Assembly (NCBI GenBank): GCA_963711235.1
Contig: CAVQDI010000002.1
Location: forward strand, 206,395-270,394
DNA: 64,000 bases
Source of the DNA: an uncultured beta proteobacterium
Lineage (GTDB): Bacteria; Pseudomonadota; Gammaproteobacteria; Burkholderiales; Casimicrobiaceae
Direction of reading: 5' to 3'
Part shown: piece after piece, positions 49,655-58,751 of the stretch
Position numbering within the stretch: position 1 is the stretch's first letter
Layout of the letters: each line of letters starts with the position of its first letter
Notes under the pieces: model-generated
Database searches by the model: none
Seen by the model: the letters and a program-made list of their open reading frames with translations, nothing else
Told to the model about the DNA's origin: nothing
Made by a program: the position numbers and the translations under genes

Positions 49655-50601
49655 AAGCGCAACGGGTGCAACGCATGCACCAGGACGCCGGCCGTAAAAA
49701 GCCCGACGCAGACAAGATAGCAGCCGACGATGCTGCGCATCGCGGGAACGAAGGCACGCGGCGTTTCGTAGCTGTGCAGCGCAGAGCGGCCGCTGGCCAC
49801 GAGCAGCGGTAGTGCCAGCAAGCCGGCTAGGCAGCTAACGGGAAAGATGCCGCTTGCTACACCGGCCAGCACGACCAGCAACCCGGCTGCCGCAAGGCCG
49901 ACATACAGCCAAACCGCGCGCCGGCGGCCGAGCCGTACGACAAGATTGCGCTTGCCGACCAATCGATCCTGGTGGTAATCCGGAATCGCGTTGACGACCG
50001 CGAGTGCCATGATCAAGCATCCCGGCACCAACGACGCGAGGAATGCACCCCAAGACAGGGCCTGGGTATGCAGGTAGAGACTGCCCAGGACCAGCCAGGG
50101 CCCGTACGACAGGGCGATGACCAGCTCACCCAGACCGCGATAGGCCCAACGTATCGGAGGCGCCACATAGAAGATCGCCGCCATGCCACCTAGCAGCGCG
50201 AAGGCAAGGATCGGCCAACCGCCGCGAACGGCCAGGTAAACGCCAATGGCCAGAGCGCCCGCAAAGGCTACTATCCCGAGCAAGAGTACCCCGCCAGACA
50301 TCGGCGGCAGGTCTGCAGGATTGAACACGCGGTCGGTCCCCATGCGTGAATCGAAATACTCGTTGAACGCCTCGACGCCGATGACCGCAAGGACCACGCC
50401 GCCGAATCCGCTCCAGAAGACAGCTGCGTCGAACGCACCCTCGGTGCCGTAGGCCCACGCCGCTCCGAGCAGGTAGGGCAAGACGCCGGCATAGAGGAAA
50501 AAACGATAGCGCACCATGCTGCAGACGGTGAGCAGCCGGCGCAGCGCCGACCGGTCGACGGCGGCCCGGTCGGCGGACACAGGGGTCAGAGATAGACCCA
50601 T
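49651..50601 (-). CDS. UbiA/MenA-family integral-membrane aromatic prenyltransferase
   Basis: About 8-9 TM helices. First Asp-rich motif NEYFDSRMGTD and second motif DYHQDRLVGKRNLVVRLG (MenA-like N-x3-D-x3-G-x-D / D-x3-D-x2-GK). Start is either the ATG at 50601 (16-nt overlap with the upstream gene) or the ATG at 50517. Confidence 0.8.
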   Translation of the reverse strand: MGLSLTPVSADRAAVDRSALRRLLTVCSMVRYRFFLYAGVLPYLLGAAWAYGTEGAFDAAVFWSGFGGVVLAVIGVEAFNEYFDSRMGTDRVFNPADLPPMSGGVLLLGIVAFAGALAIGVYLAVRGGWPILAFALLGGMAAIFYVAPPIRWAYRGLGELVIALSYGPWLVLGSLYLHTQALSWGAFLASLVPGCLIMALAVVNAIPDYHQDRLVGKRNLVVRLGRRRAVWLYVGLAAAGLLVVLAGVASGIFPVSCLAGLLALPLLVASGRSALHSYETPRAFVPAMRSIVGCYLVCVGLFTAGVLVHALHPLRL

Positions 50602-51587
50602 TGGTGCAGCATCCTGGTCTGTCCCGGATCGGCGGCCAGATCGTTGACGAATTGCGCCACGCGCGGATCGTGCCACGCGCGCCGGAAGTTCGCCCAGATT
50701 TCCGGCAACGACTGGTGGCGAAAATCTCCGCACACGAACGGCAGGGCGTTGATGAGCTTGACCAGTCCGTTGGGGAGCACGATCAGCAGCGCAGCCGGGT
50801 GCTGGAGGCGGTAGCGCAGCTCCTCGAGCAGGCCGGCCTCGTGAAAATAGACGCGCATCCGGCCGCGGTACTCCTCGGTCTTTTCGCGCAGGATGTCGAA
50901 GAAAGCATCGTATCGCTCGTCCGACAACGCAAGGTGCCGCCATGCTTTCACGGCATTGCCGGTGAACATCGTACGGCCGGTATAGAAGCTGTACGCGCCC
51001 AGCCCGTAGGCCAGATCGACGACTGCGCCGATTTCATGGGCGTTAAATCGAGCCGGCGAAAAGTTGATTTCGACGGGGACGCCTGCATCGCGCAGGTTGC
51101 GAAGCCCCTCGACCGTCCGGTCGAAATTTCCGCGTACGCGCATGCGGTTAAAAGTCTGGCCCGACGCACCGTCGAGACTCACCTGCACCGCTTTGACGCC
51201 GAGCGCTTTCATGCGCTCACAGTTTTCGGCGGTCAGATAGTGGCCGTTCGTCTCGACCTTGAGCTGCGCACCGCGCGTGCAGACGTACTCCACCATTTTG
51301 AAGAACAGGGGGTGAAGCATCGGTTCTCCGCCAGAAAACGACAGGTAGGGGACTTCGTGGTCCATCAGCTGATCGAGGACGGCGAACATCTGCGCCTCGT
51401 CGAGTTCGTCGCGGAACGCCTTGCCGGGACCGCTCTCCTCGATGCAATGCAGGCAAGCGAGGTTGCACTCATTGGTGATCTGCCAGGCGACGTAGAGCGG
51501 CGCGGCGAGGTCCTCCGAGCAGGCGTAGGTCGAGGTCGTCGCCGGGATTGCGAACTCGGGTCCGGTATCCGTTGCTAATATTGTCAC
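50586..51587 (-). CDS. Radical SAM enzyme, PqqE-like core, paralogue 1
   Basis: GTG at 51587 with GAGGG upstream. LYVAWQITNECNLACLHC, SGGEP, and VETNG. C-terminal LIVLPNGLVKLINALPFVCGDFRHQSLPEIW. Confidence 0.85.
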   Translation of the reverse strand: MTILATDTGPEFAIPATTSTYACSEDLAAPLYVAWQITNECNLACLHCIEESGPGKAFRDELDEAQMFAVLDQLMDHEVPYLSFSGGEPMLHPLFFKMVEYVCTRGAQLKVETNGHYLTAENCERMKALGVKAVQVSLDGASGQTFNRMRVRGNFDRTVEGLRNLRDAGVPVEINFSPARFNAHEIGAVVDLAYGLGAYSFYTGRTMFTGNAVKAWRHLALSDERYDAFFDILREKTEEYRGRMRVYFHEAGLLEELRYRLQHPAALLIVLPNGLVKLINALPFVCGDFRHQSLPEIWANFRRAWHDPRVAQFVNDLAADPGQTRMLHQWVYL

Positions 51588-51591
51588 GCCC

Positions 51592-51843
51592 TCAACCCTC
51601 GACGAGGCTTCTCTGCCGCAGCTCCGCGATGAACGCGACGACTTCGCGCTCGATCACGTCGGTACTGTCGTTAAAGCGCTCCTTCAGTCGCGTGGCGATC
51701 TCGTGCTCGTCGTGGCCTGCTTCGATCTCGCGCACGACCGCCATGGCCGTCGGATTGAGCGTAAAGACCTTCTCCGAGCGCGTCTCGAAGAGGACGCCGC
51801 CAAATTTCTCCTCGCGTAACTTGACGAATTTTGCGAGCCGCAT
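51592..51843 (-). CDS. PqqD-family peptide-binding (RRE-type) chaperone
   Basis: FGGVLFETRSEKVFTLNPTAMAVVREIEAGHDEHEIATRLKERFNDSTDVIEREVVAFIAELRQRSLV fits the PqqD pattern. Start is the ATG at 51843, or possibly 51897. Confidence 0.7.
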   Translation of the reverse strand: MRLAKFVKLREEKFGGVLFETRSEKVFTLNPTAMAVVREIEAGHDEHEIATRLKERFNDSTDVIEREVVAFIAELRQRSLVEG

Positions 51844-51940
51844 ACTGGTTGGGCCGAAAGAACTGCAGTTTATCTGCAAAGTGGGTCGGAGTAGCATAGC
51901 CGCGGAAAAAGCGGCCGTTCGTCGATTCGACCCACCGGAC

Positions 51941-53236
51941 CTAGGGCGACGGCCCCATCATACCCATTTTCTGTGGCAGCCAGGTCGACAGCGTCGGCCA
52001 GTAGGTGACGATGACCAGGAACACGAGCATGGTGACGAGCCACGGGATGACCGCTCTCGTCAACCGGGTGATGCCAACGCGCGAAATCCCCGAAGCCACG
52101 TACAGGTTCAGGCCGACCGGCGGATGGCAAAGCCCGACCTCCATGTTGACATCGATCAGGATGCCGAGATGCACCGGATTGATCCCGAGCGTCATCGCCG
52201 CGGGGTAAAGAATCGGCGCCATGATGAGGATGACGGAAGACGGGTCCATGAAATTGCCGGCGATGAGCAACAGCAGGTTGGCCAGCAACAGGAACCCCAC
52301 CCAGCCCAGATCCTTGGCAATAATCCAGTCCGCCAGGGCATGCGGAATGTTCTCGTTGGTCAGTATGAAGGAGAACAGCGCCGCATTAGTGATGATATAG
52401 AGCAGCATCGCGCTCATGTTCGCTGAAGTCAGCAGCACCTTGCGCATGTCCCGAAGCGGCATGGCCTTATAGATGAAGACCGACACGAAGAAAGAGTAGA
52501 CTGCGGCCATCGCGGCCGCTTCGGTGGCCGTGAACAGCCCCGAGTAGATGCCGCCGATGATAATGACGACCAACATCAGGCCCCAGACACTCTCGCGAAA
52601 TAATTTCCAGCGAGTAACCCAGCTTTCCCTTGGCATCCGCGGGTAACCGCGCTTCTTCGCGATGTACCAGGTGACAAAACAAAGCATCGTGGTCAGCATG
52701 ATCCCCGGCAGGAGTCCTGCGACGAATAGCGCGCCGATCGACGTATTGGTGGCGATTGCGTAGATGACCTTGGGGATCGACGGCAGCATGAGAATGCCGA
52801 GCGAACCTGCTACCGTGATCACCGCTGCGCCGAATTCCATCGGGAAGCCGCGCTTGACCATCTCCGGCAGGACGATGGATCCGATGGCCACGACCGTGGC
52901 GACACTCGAACCGCAAACCAGCGCAAACATGGCGCAGGCCACGATGCCTGCCAGCGCGAGTCCGCCGTGCCAATGGCCGACCATGGAGGCGGCGAAATTG
53001 ATCATCCGCCGCGCCACGCCACCGTGGGTAAGGAAAGTGCCCGCCAGGATGAAGAACGGGATCGCCATGATCTCGAACCGCTCGATGCCGGTAAACAGCT
53101 TCAACGCGACCGACTCGATCGGCACCTGGGTCATGGTGAACACGAAAGTCAACACCGTGAGCCCCAGCGCGATGGAGATGGGCATGCCGGTGAGCATGAG
53201 CGCGATCAACAGGCCAAAAATGATGGCGGACGTCAT
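51941..53236 (-). CDS. dctM: TRAP C4-dicarboxylate transporter large permease
   Basis: 431 aa, about 12 TM helices. MPISIALGLT..., IPFFILAGTFLTHGGVARRMI, and PPVGLNLYVASGI. Confidence 0.9.
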   Translation of the reverse strand: MTSAIIFGLLIALMLTGMPISIALGLTVLTFVFTMTQVPIESVALKLFTGIERFEIMAIPFFILAGTFLTHGGVARRMINFAASMVGHWHGGLALAGIVACAMFALVCGSSVATVVAIGSIVLPEMVKRGFPMEFGAAVITVAGSLGILMLPSIPKVIYAIATNTSIGALFVAGLLPGIMLTTMLCFVTWYIAKKRGYPRMPRESWVTRWKLFRESVWGLMLVVIIIGGIYSGLFTATEAAAMAAVYSFFVSVFIYKAMPLRDMRKVLLTSANMSAMLLYIITNAALFSFILTNENIPHALADWIIAKDLGWVGFLLLANLLLLIAGNFMDPSSVILIMAPILYPAAMTLGINPVHLGILIDVNMEVGLCHPPVGLNLYVASGISRVGITRLTRAVIPWLVTMLVFLVIVTYWPTLSTWLPQKMGMMGPSP

Positions 53237-53239
53237 CGC

Positions 53240-53860
53240 TCAACGCTTCTCGGAAGGCGTTGCGGGGTGAAGGTTGTCTTCCACCGCCATGCCGATCGGC
53301 AGGATGTCCTTGTCGGAGATTCTCTCGACGCCCGCCACGTCGGTGGGATCGTGATGGGGCAACTCACCGGTGCGGCGGAAGTTCCACGCGACTTGAAGAA
53401 AGCGAAAACACATCAATCCCGACCCACAGGGAATGGCAAGGTAGACCAGCCACATGGGCAACTCCATGTCGGGCGAGGTCTGGTTGGTGTGGGCCAGCTG
53501 CCAGACGAAGCTGGCACCGAACGCGGCCACCACGCCTGTAAACAGAGCTCCTGCGAACAAACCGAAGAAGATGCACTTTCGGCGGGCGCTCTCGGGCAGG
53601 TGATTGATCACCACGTCCACACCGACGTGGACGCCAGTGCGCACGCCGTAAGCGGCGCCGAACTTGGCCATCCACACGAACATGTAGATGCATGCTTCCT
53701 GCGCCCACGAGAGATTGAGCGCGAGCAGCCAATCCTGCACCACGGGAATCGGCAAACCCGCCGCGTAGCGGTGGATGACAGCCACGAAGATGATCAACGT
53801 CGCACCACCCATGAGCAGGGCGATTAGCCACTCCTCCAGATGGTCAAGGAGCTTCAGCAT
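53240..53860 (-). CDS. dctQ: TRAP transporter small permease
   Basis: ATG at 53860. Four TM helices. LEEWLIALLMGGATLIIFVAVIHRY. Stop lies 3 nt before the dctM start. Confidence 0.85.
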   Translation of the reverse strand: MLKLLDHLEEWLIALLMGGATLIIFVAVIHRYAAGLPIPVVQDWLLALNLSWAQEACIYMFVWMAKFGAAYGVRTGVHVGVDVVINHLPESARRKCIFFGLFAGALFTGVVAAFGASFVWQLAHTNQTSPDMELPMWLVYLAIPCGSGLMCFRFLQVAWNFRRTGELPHHDPTDVAGVERISDKDILPIGMAVEDNLHPATPSEKR

Positions 53861-53899
53861 GCCGCCTGTCCCGGGTTTGTCGACTGGTCTTGTCCCACG

Positions 53900-53927
53900 C
53901 AAAAAAAGCCGCTGCGGGCCGCAGCGG
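53900..53927 (-). terminator. Intra-operon rho-independent terminator/attenuator after dctP
   Basis: On the minus strand: GCCGCTGC-GGCCC-GCAGCGGC (8-bp GC stem) followed by TTTTTTT. Confidence 0.5.
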
Positions 53928-53983
53928 CGTTGGTTGCGTCCAGCCGCACCCGTGCCTCCCGCGCGTGGCTCGGTCAGGGCGCC

Positions 53984-54991
53984 TCAGGGCTTGAAGCCGG
54001 TTTCCTTGTAAACAGACTGGATCAGATCTTTGCCGATACGGATTTCCTGGTCACGATGTACCGGCACCAGCGCTTTTTTCCACGTGGCTTTCTGTTCGGG
54101 CGTGAGGGTGATAATCTCGGTCTTACCGGAAGCGTTTACCGCCGCGAGCGCCTTGTCGTTCTCTTCCTTGGCGATGTCGTTAGCGAATTTGGTCGCATCT
54201 TTCATTGCGCCTTCGAGCGTTGCGCGGGTATCGGCAGGCAATCCTTCCCAGAACTTCTTGTTGACGATCACCGCGTATTCGAGCACACCGTGATCGGTCA
54301 TCGTTAGATGCTTCTGCACTTCGTTCATCTTCTGCGTGTAAAAGTTCGATGGCGGATTCTCCGTTCCATCGACGACACCGGTTTGCAGCGCCTGATAGAC
54401 CTCGGAGAATGCCATCACCTGCGGAATTCCCCCCAGAGCGCGAATTTCGGAGTCGAGTACTTTCGACGATTGGATGCGCATCTTCAAACCCTTGACGTCG
54501 CCGGGAAGACGCAGCGGTTTGTTCGCACTGAAGTCCTTGAAGCCGTTGTCCCAATACGCAAGACCGACGATCCCCTTGGATTCAAGCTTCTGGAACAGGG
54601 CTTTACCTACCGGGCCTTCCGTGACCTTGTGTAGCTCCGCAACGTCATCGAAGAGGTAAGGCAGATCAAATACCTCAAATTCGCGTGCACCCAACGGCCC
54701 GAATTTCGCCACCGAGGGTGCCAGCATCTGTACCGCGCCAAGCTGTAGCGCATCGACTTCCTCGCCATCCTTGTAGAGCGTGCTGTTGGGGTACACCTCG
54801 ACCTTGACCCGGCCCTTGGTGCGCTCTTCCGCGAGTTTCTTGAAATACTCGGCACCCTTGCCTTTCGGCGTATCGACGGCAACGACGTGGCTGAACTTGA
54901 TGATGATCGGCTGCTGTGCGGGTGCCCCGAACGCAATCGCTAAACTAGCCAGCGCGACAATTAGTGATGCAAACTTCGTTGCGACCTTCAT
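53984..54991 (-). CDS. dctP: TRAP C4-dicarboxylate-binding periplasmic protein
   Basis: ATG at 54991 with GGAGGAG upstream. Signal peptide. IIKFSHVVAVDTPKGKGAEYFKKLAEERTKGRVKVEVYPNSTLY...LQLGAVQMLAPSVAKF closely follows canonical DctP. Confidence 0.9.
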   Translation of the reverse strand: MKVATKFASLIVALASLAIAFGAPAQQPIIIKFSHVVAVDTPKGKGAEYFKKLAEERTKGRVKVEVYPNSTLYKDGEEVDALQLGAVQMLAPSVAKFGPLGAREFEVFDLPYLFDDVAELHKVTEGPVGKALFQKLESKGIVGLAYWDNGFKDFSANKPLRLPGDVKGLKMRIQSSKVLDSEIRALGGIPQVMAFSEVYQALQTGVVDGTENPPSNFYTQKMNEVQKHLTMTDHGVLEYAVIVNKKFWEGLPADTRATLEGAMKDATKFANDIAKEENDKALAAVNASGKTEIITLTPEQKATWKKALVPVHRDQEIRIGKDLIQSVYKETGFKP

Positions 54992-55022
54992 GTCTCCTCC
55001 ACATAGGGTGCAAAAAGACCTG

Positions 55023-55796
55023 CTATTTCCAGCCAATGCTCACCATCTTGCGACGCATGAAGGCGATCTGCGTTGCGAGCGGCAACTCCTTCGGGCAGAC
55101 ATCGTGGCAAGCGAGCAAGGACATGCAACCGAAAACGCCGCTGTCGTCGCCGACGAGTTCATAGAAATCTGCGTCGCTGCGCGTGTCGCGCGGATCGAGC
55201 CGGAAGCGGGCGATCTTGTTCAGCCCGACCGCGCCGACAAAATCGTCGCGCATGCGCGCGGTGCCGCAACCGGCGACACAACACCCGCATTCGATGCAAC
55301 GATCAAGCTCGTAGATCTTCTGCGCCAGTTCCGGCTCCATGCGTTCCTCGAGCCGGGAAAGGTCCACCTCTTTCTGCCGCGTGTGCACCCAGGCCTGCAG
55401 CCGCTCGCTCATCGCTCGCATCCACTTGCCGGTGTTCACCGAAAGGTCGGCGATCAATTCGAAGACCGGCAGGGGCGCCAGCGTGATCTCCGGCGCCAGG
55501 TTCTGCGTCAGCGTACGGCAGGCGAGCCCTGGGCGCCCATTGATCAGCATGCCGCAGCTGCCGCATATCCCGGCGCGACAGACGAAGTCAAATTGCAGGG
55601 ACGCGTCCTGCTTTTCGCGGATTTCGTTGAGCGCGATGAACAGCGTCATCCCCTCTGCCTCTTCGAGTTCGTAGGCCTGCATGCGCGGAACACTGCCTCG
55701 CTCCTGCGGGTTGTAGCGCAGGACGCTGATCCGCACCTTGCGGTGCGGTCGTTCAGGCGGCACCGGCGGGGATGGCATCGCGGTGGCTTCGGTCAT
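55023..55796 (-). CDS. frdB: Fumarate reductase / succinate dehydrogenase iron-sulfur subunit
   Basis: Cys clusters [32 protein letters not shown] and CHDVCP. The start overlaps the frdA stop (ATGA). Confidence 0.9.
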   Translation of the reverse strand: MTEATAMPSPPVPPERPHRKVRISVLRYNPQERGSVPRMQAYELEEAEGMTLFIALNEIREKQDASLQFDFVCRAGICGSCGMLINGRPGLACRTLTQNLAPEITLAPLPVFELIADLSVNTGKWMRAMSERLQAWVHTRQKEVDLSRLEERMEPELAQKIYELDRCIECGCCVAGCGTARMRDDFVGAVGLNKIARFRLDPRDTRSDADFYELVGDDSGVFGCMSLLACHDVCPKELPLATQIAFMRRKMVSIGWK

Positions 55797-57811
55797 GTCG
55801 CGCCCGATCGTTGCTGGCCTGCGGGGGACGGTGCCAGCGGCTCGTCGATGCGCTCGTTGGGTCCGCGGAAGCGTTCGGGCATTAGCGCCGCGTACGGCAT
55901 CAGGGCCTCCTGTATGACCGTGCGGCTGGCGCTGGCAAGCCGGGTCCTGATCGCCTCCACCTCCGCGGCGCGACGCGCCGTGTCGGGATGATCGACGTAA
56001 TCCTTCGCGCCGTACCCGCGCCACCCCGGCGGCAGCTCCATCTGCATCACGTCGAGCGATTCGCGCGCAAGCGTCGGCAGCACGTCGTCGGCGTTCTTCC
56101 ACGTTGCCAGCGTGCGATTCAGCCATTCGGCGTCGTTGCGCCGCGGATAGTCGTGGCGGAAATGCGCGCCCCGGCTCTCGGTCCGGGTCAGCGCGCCGTA
56201 GGCCACGCACAGCGCCAGTCGCAACATCTTCTGCACCCGGTAGGCGGAGACGAGCTCGGGATTCGGGCCACTTGCGGTCGAGCGCAGACCGATCTTCTGA
56301 CTGCGCTGCAGCAGCGACTGCAGCTCCTCGACTGCGGCGGCGAGCTCCTCGCCAGCGCGGAAGATGCCGACCTTGGCCGTCATGATCTCCTGCATTCGTA
56401 CCCGCAGCGCGTTGGCTTCTTCCCCGCCCCGGTTACCGGCGAGCGCGTCGAGCTTGGCCTGCTCGTGTTCCAGGAACTCGCGGATCAGGCCCGTGGAGAA
56501 TTGCAGGTTGCCCTCGGGACGAGCACAGAAGTCGGCTATGAACTCACCCACGATCATGCCGCCGACGACGGTTTCCGCGACCGAGTTTCCTCCCAGGCGG
56601 TTAAAGCCGTGCAGGTCCCAGCAGGCGGCTTCGCCGGCTGCGTAGAGTCCCTTGAGCGTCGGGCTGCCACCGGTGTGGTCGGTCCGGATCCCACCCATCG
56701 TGTAATGCTGTGCCGGCCGCACCGGTATCCAATCCTTTATCGGGTCGATGCCAAGGAAATAGTGGCAGATCTCCTTCACTTCGCGCAGGTTGCTGTCGAT
56801 GTGTTTGGCCCCGAGCAGGGTAATGTCGAGCCAGAGATGCTCGCCGAAGCGCGACTTCACGCCCGCGCCTCGCCGGATGTGCTCTTCCATGCGCCGGGAT
56901 ACCACGTCGCGCGACGCGAGTTCCTTTTTCTCCGGCTCGTAGTCGGGCATGAAGCGCTTTCCCGCAGCGTCGCGCAGCAACCCACCGTCCCCACGGCAAC
57001 CTTCGGTGACCAGAATGCACGCAGGAAAGATCGCCGTCGGGTGAAACTGGATGGCCTCCATGTTGGCCACCGCCGCCACGCCTGTCTCCAGCGCCAGCGC
57101 CGTGCCGGTACCCTCGCAGATGACGGCGTTGGTCGTCGCACGATAAAGACGGCCCGCGCCGCCGCTCGCAATGGCGGTCGCCTTGGAGACGTAGGCGACC
57201 AGTTCCCCGGTCACGAGGTTACGGACCACTGCGCCGTAGCAGCGAGATCCGTCATGAATCAGCGCCAGGGCCTCCATGCGCTCGTGCACGGTGATCGCGT
57301 TGGCGATTGCCTGGTCGCTCATCGCGTACAGCATGGCGTGGCCCGTGCCGTCGGAAACGTAGCAGGCGCGCCATTTCTTGGTGCCACCGAAGTCGCGTTG
57401 CATCACCAGTCCGTGCGCTTCGTCGCGCTCGGTGATCGTGACCTTCTGGCCGTTGATGATCACCTGCCGGTCACCTTTCTGCACGCGGCTCCACGGCACG
57501 CCCCAGGCGGCAAGCTCGCGCACGGCCTTGGGCGCCGTGTCGACGAACATGCGCACGACGCGCTGATCGGCGCCCCAGTCGCTGCCGCGCACAGTGTCTT
57601 CGAAATGCACGTCCTCGTTGTCACCCATCGCTTTGACGACGTTGCCCAGGCTCGCTTGCATGCCGCCCTGCGCCGCTGCAGAGTGCGATCGCTTGGGCGG
57701 GACGAGCGATAGGATGATGACGTCCTGGCCACGGCGTTTGGCGCCGATGCCGATCCGCAGCCCCGCGAGGCCACCGCCGATCACCAGCACGTCGGTGTAG
57801 ATCACGTTCAT
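55793..57811 (-). CDS. frdA: Fumarate reductase / succinate dehydrogenase flavoprotein subunit
   Basis: [22 protein letters not shown] (covalent-FAD His region), QFHPT, RGEGG-like CRGDGG, and HYTMGG. 672 aa. Confidence 0.9.
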   Translation of the reverse strand: MNVIYTDVLVIGGGLAGLRIGIGAKRRGQDVIILSLVPPKRSHSAAAQGGMQASLGNVVKAMGDNEDVHFEDTVRGSDWGADQRVVRMFVDTAPKAVRELAAWGVPWSRVQKGDRQVIINGQKVTITERDEAHGLVMQRDFGGTKKWRACYVSDGTGHAMLYAMSDQAIANAITVHERMEALALIHDGSRCYGAVVRNLVTGELVAYVSKATAIASGGAGRLYRATTNAVICEGTGTALALETGVAAVANMEAIQFHPTAIFPACILVTEGCRGDGGLLRDAAGKRFMPDYEPEKKELASRDVVSRRMEEHIRRGAGVKSRFGEHLWLDITLLGAKHIDSNLREVKEICHYFLGIDPIKDWIPVRPAQHYTMGGIRTDHTGGSPTLKGLYAAGEAACWDLHGFNRLGGNSVAETVVGGMIVGEFIADFCARPEGNLQFSTGLIREFLEHEQAKLDALAGNRGGEEANALRVRMQEIMTAKVGIFRAGEELAAAVEELQSLLQRSQKIGLRSTASGPNPELVSAYRVQKMLRLALCVAYGALTRTESRGAHFRHDYPRRNDAEWLNRTLATWKNADDVLPTLARESLDVMQMELPPGWRGYGAKDYVDHPDTARRAAEVEAIRTRLASASRTVIQEALMPYAALMPERFRGPNERIDEPLAPSPAGQQRSGAT

Positions 57812-58614
57812 CGGGGGCCTCCCACCGCCCCCCCGGCGGCGGGCTGGGGTGACGGTGCCTGCCGCGCAGCCGGCACGTAATGCTCGCCATAGTGGTCACG
57901 GTGCTCGATGCCGATCTTGATATAGGCCGCCAGAGTCGCCACGCCCAGGACCAGGAAAAAGCCCGTCAGCGCCCATTTGGCGAGCTTGAGCCGACGCCGC
58001 AGCGCATTCGCATCGCCGCCTCCGAACCAACCCCATTTTACGGCCAGGCGGTACAGGCCAATCCCGCCGTGCACCTCGACGGTCAGCAGCAGCACAATGT
58101 ACAGCGGCCAGAAGTGTTCGCTCCAGACCCGATCGGCCGATTCGAACGGCCCGATGCGGTCGGGCCGGGTAAGCATGATGTAGAGGTGGACCGAGGCCAG
58201 AAAGAACAGGGCGAAGCCGGTGACGACCTGCCAAAACCAAAGCGTTGTGTCTTCGTGCCGCAGCATCCGCATGTGACCGCGAAAGGTGCTGAACTGACGG
58301 TAGTTAATCGGGAATTTGCGCACCGCCAGCAGGGCGTGCGCTACCACCAGCGCGATGACCAGCGCGACCACGGTCGAGACAATTCCCGGATAGGACCGAC
58401 CGAAGACGAAATAGCCTTCGAAGAATTTCGTAACCATCCACATAACGTCCTTGCCAAGCAGGATCGACGAGACGAAGGCCATATGCGCCCACATGAAAAG
58501 CGCCAGCAGGAGACCCGAGGCGCTCTGCGCCAGGTCAAGTCTCGCCGGCCAATGGCTGCGCCGGGCAGGGTCGGTCAGACCGACGCCGGCGATCAGCGGG
58601 CCGCTATGTTCCAT
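57808..58614 (-). CDS. frdC: Fumarate reductase dihaem cytochrome b membrane subunit (single-subunit, Wolinella/B-type anchor)
   Basis: ATG at 58614 with AAGGAAG upstream. Five TM helices with conserved His residues. Stop overlaps the frdA start (ATGA). Confidence 0.8.
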   Translation of the reverse strand: MEHSGPLIAGVGLTDPARRSHWPARLDLAQSASGLLLALFMWAHMAFVSSILLGKDVMWMVTKFFEGYFVFGRSYPGIVSTVVALVIALVVAHALLAVRKFPINYRQFSTFRGHMRMLRHEDTTLWFWQVVTGFALFFLASVHLYIMLTRPDRIGPFESADRVWSEHFWPLYIVLLLTVEVHGGIGLYRLAVKWGWFGGGDANALRRRLKLAKWALTGFFLVLGVATLAAYIKIGIEHRDHYGEHYVPAARQAPSPQPAAGGAVGGPR

Positions 58615-58751
58615 CGCGTACTTCCTTTCCCGGCGTGGTCGACGCCGCGCTCGTTTCCGGGCCCGTCGTCCCGGCTGACCGGCCCCGTCCGCGGGCCGGA
58701 GCGGTCGTCATGGCTAGGGCCTGAAGCTAGCGCGCGGTTCGTTGGCGAGTG

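Noticed and set aside
47544-51587. Futalosine-pathway menaquinone genes (MqnC/MqnE plus prenyltransferase), or NirJ/Ahb haem-modifying radical SAM enzymes.
   Set aside because: - The N-terminal W-Q-[IL]-T-x-x-C-x3-C-x2-C context and overall length look PqqE/peptide-maturase-like rather than MqnC/E-like.
- The presence of a PqqD partner and a W-x2-P peptide argues for a peptide substrate.
- This cannot be fully excluded without profile searches.
47115-51897. Canonical PQQ operon (pqqABCDE).
   Set aside because: There are no PqqB (metallo-beta-lactamase), PqqC or PqqF genes. There are three rSAM genes instead of one, and a UbiA-type gene is present. The peptide also lacks the Glu at Tyr-4.
55988-57712. 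574-aa plus-strand ORF opposite frdA. Similar long antisense ORFs occur at 50601-51578, 47523-48533, 48986-49636, 54780-55991, 12376-13374, 14373-15161 and 135-656.
   Set aside because: These are shadow ORFs typical of GC-rich DNA. They are Arg/Gly/His/Asp-rich with no recognisable motifs, and each lies entirely opposite a gene with clear family signatures.
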